This document shows positions 8,859 to 15,255 of a DNA stretch of 15,255 nucleotides, one piece after another. A model generated the notes under the pieces. The model saw nothing but the letters and a program-made list of their open reading frames with translations, did no database searches and had not been told where the DNA came from. The position numbers and the translations under genes are program-made. The DNA lies in assembly GCA_965205025.1 (NCBI GenBank), contig CBDBFU010000019.1, forward strand, positions 1-15,255, read 5' to 3'. Positions within the stretch are counted from its first letter, which is position 1. The number at the start of each line of letters is the position of its first letter. Origin of the DNA: Candidatus Poribacteria bacterium. GTDB lineage: Bacteria; Poribacteria; WGA-4E; WGA-3G.

Positions 8859-9818
8859 CTATAGTATAGTTAATTCGTCATCATCTCCAGTCTCAAGTAA
8901 TACTTGATCCAGCTTAGATACAACAGATCCAAAAGCTTTTGATTGTGGTGATTCCGGATGTCCAGCAACAATTGGAACACCTAAATCCCCCGCAGTGCAG
9001 ACTTCAGCATCAAGCGGAATATCTCCTAAGAATGCCACACCAAGTCTTTCGCTCGTTTTTTTTCCTCCATCTGCTCTAAAAATCTCTGTTTTTTCATTAC
9101 AATGTGGACAAAGAAAATAGCTCATATTTTCAATTACACCCAGTATCGGAACTCCGAGTCTTTCAAACATAGCTACTCCACGACGAACATCTGCCAATGC
9201 AACATCTTGTGGTGTCGTAACTATCACTGCCCCTGTCAATGGAAGTGCTTGAGTTAGACTTAATGCTACATCCCCTGTTCCTGGGGGTAAATCAATTATA
9301 AGGTAATCCAATTCTCCCCACTCCACATCACTTAAAAATTGCCGGATGGCACTATGAAGCATTGGACCACGCCAAATCATCGCCTGTTCTTCTGGAACCA
9401 TAAAACCAATAGACATCAATCGAATATCATGTCTAACAAGTGGAATTAGTTTCCGTTCTGGACTAGTTTGGGGTTTATCTTGTACACCCATCATCGTGGG
9501 AATACTTGGACCATAGGCATCAGCATCCATCAACCCAACATTGGAGCCTTTCTGTGCAAGTGAAATCGCCAAATTTGTCGCTATAGTTGATTTACCTACT
9601 CCACCTTTACCACTCGCAATAGCAATTTTATATTTAATATTGGGTAGAGTTATATTTTGTTGGGGTTGGGGTTGGGGTTGTTGTTGTGACTGGATACCAG
9701 GTTGCTGAGCTTTAGGACCAGATATTTCTGAACCACTAATAACCTTTAACTCAGGATGAGGTTTTGACGGTGTATTATCCTTTTTTTTAGGATCTTCACC
9801 CTTCTTAAAAAACTTCAA
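8859..9818 (-). CDS. mrp: Mrp/NBP35 (ApbC) iron-sulfur cluster carrier ATPase
   Basis: ASGKGGVGKST, DADAYGPS, MIWRGPM, WGELDYLIIDLPPGTGD, VTTPQ and ENMS...CPHC. TTG start with a GGAGG RBS. Confidence 0.93.
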   Translation of the reverse strand: MKFFKKGEDPKKKDNTPSKPHPELKVISGSEISGPKAQQPGIQSQQQPQPQPQQNITLPNIKYKIAIASGKGGVGKSTIATNLAISLAQKGSNVGLMDADAYGPSIPTMMGVQDKPQTSPERKLIPLVRHDIRLMSIGFMVPEEQAMIWRGPMLHSAIRQFLSDVEWGELDYLIIDLPPGTGDVALSLTQALPLTGAVIVTTPQDVALADVRRGVAMFERLGVPILGVIENMSYFLCPHCNEKTEIFRADGGKKTSERLGVAFLGDIPLDAEVCTAGDLGVPIVAGHPESPQSKAFGSVVSKLDQVLLETGDDDELTIL

Positions 9819-10088
9819 TTGGTCCTCCTAATTCAATATTTATACATAATAATGACATGATATGGTCGAAATTACCACTAATTTTAAACTTATTTAGTAA
9901 ATGAAATTCTAATTTTCTACTTTTCCCATTTACTTTTAATCAACTTCCGTAATATAGAATGCATATTTTGAAATAAGGTTACATCATACTATAGTAACAT
10001 CGTAGATATTAGCATCACTTCAAATAGTTTTCTTTTTTATACTTATACTGTATAATATGCGAAAAACCAACTATGGAAGGATAATTAT

Positions 10089-10754
10089 ATGAATATACTC
10101 ATGCTACGTCATTCAGCAGGTTTTGAACATAGTTATTTACCAAATGCTGAGGTGGCATTAAAAGAAATTGGTGCAGCAAACGGGTGGAATGTTGTAACTA
10201 CACATCGATGTGATCGAATTACAGAGGACAATTTAGCAAAACAGGATATAGTAGCTTTTGCAACAACAGGTAATTTACCTTTTGATGATTCACAAAAGGA
10301 AGCTTTATTAAACTTTGTTAAAAATGGTAAAGGTTTTTTCGGTATCCACAATGCTACTGATACATTCTATGACTGGCCAGAATATGGCGAAATGCTTGGT
10401 GGTTATTTCAACGGACATCCATGGCATGAAGAAGTAAATGTAATTGTTGAAGATACCGATCATCCTTCTACTCGTATGCTCGGAGAGAATTTCAAAGTTG
10501 TGGATGAGATATATACCTTTAAGAATTGGTCACGCAATAATACTCATGTCTTAATGCGTTTAGACAATGATTCAATTGATGTTTCCAGAGGGAATCGTGA
10601 TGATAATGACTATGCTTTAGGGTGGTGTCACACGTATGGTAAAGGACGTGTGATGTATACAGCTCTTGGACACCCAGATATTCTCTGGTGTCAACCATGG
10701 TTTCATGATCATATCACTGGATGTATCAAATGGACTGCAGGAATAGAAGACTAA
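10089..10754 (+). CDS. ThuA domain-containing protein (class I glutamine amidotransferase-like fold)
   Basis: GFEH, FVKNGKGFFGIH.A, GGYF.GHP, DE.Y.F and YGKGRVMYTALGH motifs typical of ThuA-like proteins. Confidence 0.88.
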   Translation: MNILMLRHSAGFEHSYLPNAEVALKEIGAANGWNVVTTHRCDRITEDNLAKQDIVAFATTGNLPFDDSQKEALLNFVKNGKGFFGIHNATDTFYDWPEYGEMLGGYFNGHPWHEEVNVIVEDTDHPSTRMLGENFKVVDEIYTFKNWSRNNTHVLMRLDNDSIDVSRGNRDDNDYALGWCHTYGKGRVMYTALGHPDILWCQPWFHDHITGCIKWTAGIED

Positions 10755-10762
10755 CCTTCAAT

Positions 10763-10828
10763 AGTTATCAGTTTACTATAGTATTCCAAGTAATATGCTT
10801 GTTTATCAATCTATAGAAACTGATAACT
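10763..10828. repeat. Inverted repeat between convergent genes (possible bidirectional terminator or repeat remnant)
   Basis: AGTTATCAGTTT(A)CTATAG (10763-10781) / CTATAGAAACTGATAACT (10811-10828): 18 bp with one bulged base and a 29-nt loop. Confidence 0.65.
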
Positions 10829-10838
10829 TAATTCTATT

Positions 10839-11834
10839 TTAGATTGCTCCCGTTGCTCGTAATAATGTTTCCTGAACTAATAATTCATGAGATACAGGAC
10901 GATCTGGTGGTTGTTCTCTTGCTATTGTGGCTATAAAAGCATCCAATTCCAATTCATAAGTTCTTTGACGACTTTCTCCATCTATCTTAACTATTTGCTC
11001 ACCTTCAGAATACCCATTCTTTGCTTTCTGTAGACTTAACCGGATTGTAAGTCCTGGTTCGAATGGTTCAACTATAATTGCACTTCCTTCTGTTCCATAT
11101 ACCTCAAAACGTCGTGCTACTGGACGTGGTTCTAAAGCAGATATTGATATAAATGCCATGGCTTTCTCAAATTCGTATACTGTGAGAGTATTATCTTTAA
11201 ATGGTTCAAGTGAACCCCCATCGTTCCGAAGAAAACTCGTCACCTTTTCAGGACGCCCTAATATCCATAGAACTTGATCAAGAACATGCCCACCTAAATC
11301 AAAGTATATTCCACCCAGATGTTGACTTTCTCGTGTTCGAGATTCTTTAGATATATTCGTTGACATATGAGCACGAACACTAAATACATCACCTAAGAAA
11401 CCGGATCTCGCCCATTCGGATACCTGTTTAAATGATGAATGATACCTTAACATATATCCCAATTGAACATGAAGTGACTTTTCTTCAGCCGTCTGAATTA
11501 CACGTTGCCACTGTTCCCAGTTTTCACCTGCCGGTTTGTCATACCAGACATGTTTGCCTGCATTAACGATCTCTTCAGTCTGATCTAAACTTTCAGCATT
11601 ATTCCCTTCAGATGCAACAGCGATTATACTATCATCTTTAAGCATCTCTGCAGAATCTGTATAGTAATATACATCCTTGAATGCATTTTCACTCGATTGA
11701 AGTTGGTTACGTCTATCAATATCCGGTTCGAATACACCAGCAACTTCTACTTGAGGATTATCAAGCATTGCTTGTAGTTTTCCACGGGCATGTCCATGTT
11801 TTGTTCCATATTGTGCCATTCGTATTTTTGCCAT
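10839..11834 (-). CDS. Gfo/Idh/MocA family oxidoreductase
   Basis: Start moved to ATG11834 (MAKIRMAQYG) because GGAG lies just upstream. GKHVWYDKP (EKP variant), LGYMLRY, GG..FDLG.H.LD and FEVYGTEG. Confidence 0.85.
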   Translation of the reverse strand: MAKIRMAQYGTKHGHARGKLQAMLDNPQVEVAGVFEPDIDRRNQLQSSENAFKDVYYYTDSAEMLKDDSIIAVASEGNNAESLDQTEEIVNAGKHVWYDKPAGENWEQWQRVIQTAEEKSLHVQLGYMLRYHSSFKQVSEWARSGFLGDVFSVRAHMSTNISKESRTRESQHLGGIYFDLGGHVLDQVLWILGRPEKVTSFLRNDGGSLEPFKDNTLTVYEFEKAMAFISISALEPRPVARRFEVYGTEGSAIIVEPFEPGLTIRLSLQKAKNGYSEGEQIVKIDGESRQRTYELELDAFIATIAREQPPDRPVSHELLVQETLLRATGAI

Positions 11835-11868
11835 ATTCACACTCCAAAGTAGGTTGATTAATTTCAGT

Positions 11869-11896
11869 ATTTTATACACATATAATCATAAGTCAA
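11869..11896 (-). promoter_or_regulatory. Possible sigma70 promoter of the minus-strand oxidoreductase
   Basis: Minus strand TTGACT (11896-11891), 16-nt spacer, TAAAAT (11874-11869). Confidence 0.4.
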
Positions 11897-12079
11897 GGGA
11901 AAAGAAGTCAAGTACAAAGGTATTCAAACGTCAAATAAAGATACATTCTGTTATAGGTTTCTTTTGTAGAAGAAAGCTCCAAATATCAACTAAAAACTCT
12001 AACGAAGAGAATTCGGATTTTCTACCTATATCTGATGATCAGATTTAATTATGCATATTACTATTATGTTAATTTTAAT

Positions 12080-12108
12080 TTGCATCCAAATATAACACAT
12101 GTTATACT
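12080..12108 (+). promoter_or_regulatory. Sigma70-type promoter with extended -10, upstream of the small orphan ORF
   Basis: TTGCAT (12080-12085), 17-nt spacer, TATACT (12103-12108), with TG at 12100-12101. Confidence 0.55.
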
Positions 12109-12158
12109 TATCTTTATTAAATAGGAATTTGTTTCTGTATCGAATTGAGAACAAGAAA

Positions 12159-12395
12159 ATGATTTCTGACTATTACTTTAAGATATTAGTTAAAGCAAAT
12201 CAACAACTTGCTAATCAATGGAGTCACTTGGTAAATTTACGTTCAGAAAATGGAATTATTGATAAAACCAAGTTACAACAAGTGGAAATGGCATATTTCC
12301 ACTCACTCCAGATGGTATTAAATGCTGTTGAGAGGGCCATTAATTCCCAAAACAACTCTCCGACGATCAAATTTGATGACAATACTCAGAAATGA
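12159..12395 (+). CDS. Small hypothetical protein (78 aa)
   Basis: ATG12159 (MISDYYFK...) is preferred because ATG12099 lies inside the predicted promoter. Weak GAGA RBS. Helical-looking sequence with no recognised family. Confidence 0.55.
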   Translation: MISDYYFKILVKANQQLANQWSHLVNLRSENGIIDKTKLQQVEMAYFHSLQMVLNAVERAINSQNNSPTIKFDDNTQK

Positions 12396-12493
12396 TAATA
12401 AACTATTCAAAACACACTTCATACATACAAATTATATGATTCTTACTAATATGTTTATCTGATATGATATTATATCTTTACGAATGTTAACTA

Positions 12494-12522
12494 TTGACAA
12501 CAAACAATGTCTATGTTAGATT
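12494..12522 (+). promoter_or_regulatory. Sigma70-type promoter with extended -10, upstream of the MITE and ABM gene
   Basis: TTGACA (12494-12499), 17-nt spacer, TAGATT (12517-12522), with TG at 12514-12515. Confidence 0.65.
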
Positions 12523-12547
12523 AACATAATTGACAATTACTAATTTA

Positions 12548-12800
12548 ACGTGAGTTTGATAATAGGTAAAAATCTTCATTTTTCCCAAAAATATCACTCC
12601 TATAGACCCAGTAGGCGGGAATGCTAAATAGCATTCATACCCGGTGAATGACTAAATGTCATTCATACCGTTGATTCCTTGATTCGGCGGTTTCCCGGGG
12701 AACCCCACAGGTGTTCATACCGTTGATTCACCACGGGGAATGCTAAATAGCATTCATACCGTTGATTCGTTCATAAGAATCTGATTTATCAAACTCACGT
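12548..12800. mobile_element. MITE-like element (253 bp) with perfect TIRs and a 7-bp TSD, carrying a 4-unit hairpin array
   Basis: Perfect 15-bp TIR ACGTGAGTTTGATAA (12548-12562) / TTATCAAACTCACGT (12786-12800). Identical flanking TAATTTA (12541-12547, 12801-12807). No ORF of 60 aa or more inside. Confidence 0.82.
12616..12768. repeat. Four direct repeats of CGG(G/T)GAA-[variable palindrome]-TTCATACC(GTTGATTC)
   Basis: Units at about 12616-12641, 12642-12677, 12696-12729 and 12734-12768. TTCATACCGTTGATTC is identical in units 2-4 and truncated in unit 1. Cores of units 1 and 4 are identical. Confidence 0.88.
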
Positions 12801-12833
12801 TAATTTACCAAACTCAAATAGTGAGGAAAGATA

Positions 12834-13154
12834 ATGTTTGCAATAATCGCACCTATTCAGATTAAAGAAGGTCACAGAGAAGAATTCATTGAGGCAATGT
12901 TGGATGACGCAATAGGTTCAGTCAATAATGAACCAGGTTGTTTAAGGTTTGATGTAATTCAAGATGGAGATGATCCAAATAGAATCTGGTTATATGAGAT
13001 ATATGTAGATGAGGAGGCATTCCAAGAACACCTAAAGGCACCACATTTCATAAAATGGCGTGATACAGTTAAAGATTGGTTTGCAGAGAACGATTATAAA
13101 GGTGCTGGCAGTGGAAGTTATACATTATATCCACCAGACGATGATTGGAAGTAA
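12834..13154 (+). CDS. Antibiotic biosynthesis monooxygenase (ABM) / putative quinol monooxygenase family, LsrG-like
   Basis: 106 aa with EPGCLRFDV.QD, LYE.Y.DEEAF..H...PHF..W. GAGG RBS. Confidence 0.88.
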   Translation: MFAIIAPIQIKEGHREEFIEAMLDDAIGSVNNEPGCLRFDVIQDGDDPNRIWLYEIYVDEEAFQEHLKAPHFIKWRDTVKDWFAENDYKGAGSGSYTLYPPDDDWK

Positions 13155-13205
13155 CTTCATATTAAATAGTTTATATGGAAAAAAGCCAATTACAAGTTAT
13201 TTTCC

Positions 13206-13234
13206 TTGCATTCCAAACAAGAATATTCTAAACT
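13206..13234 (+). promoter_or_regulatory. Possible sigma70 promoter of the plus-strand oxidoreductase
   Basis: TTGCAT (13206-13211), 17-nt spacer, TAAACT (13229-13234). Confidence 0.45.
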
Positions 13235-13274
13235 AAGCATAAAATTTTAAATATTGCTCAATAGGAGAATGAAT

Positions 13275-14360
13275 ATGCCAATTCGTGTAGGTATTGTTGG
13301 TACAGGTGGTATATCACGTGCTCATATAAATGCATATCGTAAAGCTGGTGGATTCGAAATAGTCGCTGTTTGTGATATCATTGGGAGTAAGGCGCGACAA
13401 GCCGCCGAGGAATGGGATGTTCCTAAGAAGAATGTCTTTACAAGTGTTCATAAAATGTTAGAAATGGATGGGATAGACACGGTTAGTGTCTGTACATACA
13501 ATCAAGGACATCGACGTCCAACTGTTGCTGCATTGAATGCTGGAAAGCACGTTTTCTGTGAAAAACCCATGGCAGCTACACTTGCCGATGCCACAGCAAT
13601 GGTTCGTGCAGCAAAAGAGTCAGGGAAAATACTTCAAATAGGTATTCATAGTACATTTAATCCTGGACTTCAATTTGCTAAAAAGGTAATAGAGGAAGGT
13701 ATTCTTGGTGACATCTATTATTCAGAATCCGCAGGATGTAGACGCAGAGGAAATCCTGGACATACCTTCATCTATAAGAAAACTGCAGGAGCAGGGGCAA
13801 TCGTTGATATCGGTGTATATAACATGCATAATTCACTTTATGCAATGGGGTATCCAAAACCTGTACGAGTCTCCGCAATCACTGAAGATTATATTTCAAT
13901 GCAAGATCCGCGTTTTAAAGATCAGATGGATGTAGAGGAATTCGGTGCTGCATGGGTGAGATTTGAAAACGGTGGTGTTCTGTTATTTAAAATCTCCTGG
14001 GCAGTTCATCAAAATACACTTGGTGGGAACTTCTGTCTTGGAAAAGAAGCAGGAATCTCATTGGATGGTCCAGTTGTTTTTGCTGATTCTTACAGTAAGG
14101 ACCTACAGAAACTGGTTGAATCTGAAGGACTCACAGCGAATCCTGATCCTCCTGAAGGCATGACAACTATCAGTTTTGAAGGATTTCAAGGAGTAGATGT
14201 TTGGGAAGCACAGATGCTGGCTTTCCGTGAAGCAGTAAATTCAGACGGTCCTTCACCAATTCCACCTGATGGTGTGCTTCTTACCAATGTTATTATGGAT
14301 GGTATATTTAGATCACACAAGACAGGTAAAGAGGTTTCTGTGAAAGTTCCAGAATTTTAA
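13275..14360 (+). CDS. Gfo/Idh/MocA family oxidoreductase
   Basis: Start moved to ATG13275 (AGGAG at 13263-13267, 7-nt spacing). IRVGIVGTGGI Rossmann motif, AGKHVFCEKP, G.LGDIY and GAG..VDIG.Y. Confidence 0.92.
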   Translation: MPIRVGIVGTGGISRAHINAYRKAGGFEIVAVCDIIGSKARQAAEEWDVPKKNVFTSVHKMLEMDGIDTVSVCTYNQGHRRPTVAALNAGKHVFCEKPMAATLADATAMVRAAKESGKILQIGIHSTFNPGLQFAKKVIEEGILGDIYYSESAGCRRRGNPGHTFIYKKTAGAGAIVDIGVYNMHNSLYAMGYPKPVRVSAITEDYISMQDPRFKDQMDVEEFGAAWVRFENGGVLLFKISWAVHQNTLGGNFCLGKEAGISLDGPVVFADSYSKDLQKLVESEGLTANPDPPEGMTTISFEGFQGVDVWEAQMLAFREAVNSDGPSPIPPDGVLLTNVIMDGIFRSHKTGKEVSVKVPEF

Positions 14361-14390
14361 GATTCATCACATACATTCCTTATTTTAACA

Positions 14391-14422
14391 AAGGCGAGGT
14401 ATCCTCCTCGCCTTATTTTTTT
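14391..14422 (+). terminator. Intrinsic (rho-independent) terminator
   Basis: 9-bp stem AAGGCGAGG / CCTCGCCTT with a 6-nt loop, followed by ATTTTTTT, 30 nt after the stop codon. Confidence 0.75.
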
Positions 14423-14592
14423 GCCCTATATTGTGCATAAAAACCTATATGCACCTTCTGGTGCAGAATTTCTACAATCAACTAAATCATTGTTGCCTTT
14501 TTCTATTGGCATAAACATTGCATAACTTAATTGAAGTTTAACTATTAGAAGGATTAATGTCGCAACAGATATAAAAGAAAGGAAGGATCGAA

Positions 14593-15255
14593 ATGAAATA
14601 TCTTAAATTAGTACTTCACATGTTCTTTTTATATACATTATCTATACCAATATATGCTAACACCATCGTAACTGATGGTTTGATAAATTATTGGACTTTC
14701 GATCTAACTAATATAAAGGATGGTATTGCAGAAGATGTATGGGGTAAGAATGATGCCATAATTATGGGAAATCCTAAAATCAGTGATGGATATCTAAGAC
14801 AAGGACTGAAACTTGATGGTTTAGGGGACTATGTAATTTTAGATCAAATCAGGAATTTTAGTAAATTAAGGGGAACATTCACATTTGAAATATGGATAAA
14901 AACAAACAACCATTCAAAATGGAGTCCTATTTTCAAAGTTATTGAACAAGAATGTTCCCATTCTGGTGGGGGAACTGGTATAATTATCAACGCTCGCTTA
15001 AATGTTGAACATAAAGGTAATAATGATAGGTTCATATATTCAAAGGATTATGTGACACTTGAAAAAACACGAAGAACAGTTGATGGAGGATGCACAGGTG
15101 GTGCATCATCATTTCCTATCACCATTTCAGATGGTAATTGGCACCAATTTGTTTACGTAGTTGGTACTCCAACGAATAATGAGGTGGGGCCAGAATGGAG
15201 AAGAACAGCGCTCTATATTGACAGTATAAGAGAGAGTGGAAGTCAAGGGGGGTGG
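14593..15255 (+). CDS. Secreted LamG-like jellyroll (concanavalin A-like) domain protein, 3'-truncated by the window end
   Basis: Not in the ORF track because there is no stop in the window. Frame is open for 221 codons: MKYLKLVLHMFFLYTLSIPIYA (signal peptide), then DGLINYWTFD, GLKLDGLGDYV, FTFEIWIK, DGNWHQFVYV and LYID. AAGGA RBS. Confidence 0.82.
   Translation, partial: MKYLKLVLHMFFLYTLSIPIYANTIVTDGLINYWTFDLTNIKDGIAEDVWGKNDAIIMGNPKISDGYLRQGLKLDGLGDYVILDQIRNFSKLRGTFTFEIWIKTNNHSKWSPIFKVIEQECSHSGGGTGIIINARLNVEHKGNNDRFIYSKDYVTLEKTRRTVDGGCTGGASSFPITISDGNWHQFVYVVGTPTNNEVGPEWRRTALYIDSIRESGSQGGW

Noticed and set aside
9660-9680. Telomere-like TTGGGG repeats / G-quadruplex
   Set aside because: Only three G4 runs, fully explained by Gln-Pro codons (CAACCC) of the minus-strand mrp gene.
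10028-10056. Promoter for the ThuA-like gene
   Set aside because: Perfect TATAAT at 10051-10056, but no credible -35 or correctly spaced TG in very AT-rich DNA; plausible but not supportable.
12616-12768. CRISPR array
   Set aside because: The constant part is only 16 nt, spacing is irregular, two 'spacers' share an identical core, the variable parts are themselves palindromes, no cas genes are in the window, and the array is enclosed by TIRs and a TSD.
12834-13154. Assignment as lsrG (AI-2 catabolism)
   Set aside because: Family-level similarity only; no other lsr genes in the window.
14450-14465. TGCACC-TTCT-GGTGCA hairpin as another REP copy
   Set aside because: A 6-bp stem with only loose resemblance to the 6129/6178 hairpins and no TIR shell; not distinguishable from chance here.
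89-15035. Short antisense or alternate-frame ORFs (89-295, 4214-4396, 5024-5215, 7943-8125, 10133-10351, 11854-12048, 13705-13935, 13963-14163, 14844-15035)
   Set aside because: All are 60-76 aa, lie within well-supported genes or promoter regions, and show no motifs; consistent with shadow ORFs.

Overview
AT-rich bacterial chromosomal window. The secreted-protein style (WD40/dockerin-like repeats with an 'NYPNPFNPETWIPYQL' C-terminal domain, and a 'YWTFD' LamG-like protein) suggests Candidatus Poribacteria; this is inference. It holds about 13 mostly independently transcribed genes: an Ldh_2-family oxidoreductase, a frameshifted secreted WD40-metzincin-dockerin protein, malate synthase G, an amidohydrolase/lactonase, a lipoprotein, a gamma-glutamylcyclotransferase, Mrp/ApbC, a ThuA-like protein, two Gfo/Idh/MocA oxidoreductases, a small orphan, an ABM-family protein and a partial LamG-like protein. 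No transposase, cas gene, tRNA or rRNA was seen. The most unusual signal is intergenic. Three different MITE-like elements (6071-6223, ~7239-7363, 12548-12800) each have terminal inverted repeats and an apparent target-site duplication, and each carries its own REP-like hairpins, whose stems covary while their flanks stay fixed. The largest carries a four-unit hairpin array and sits between a near-consensus sigma70 promoter and the ABM gene. All calls are by eye; no searches were run.
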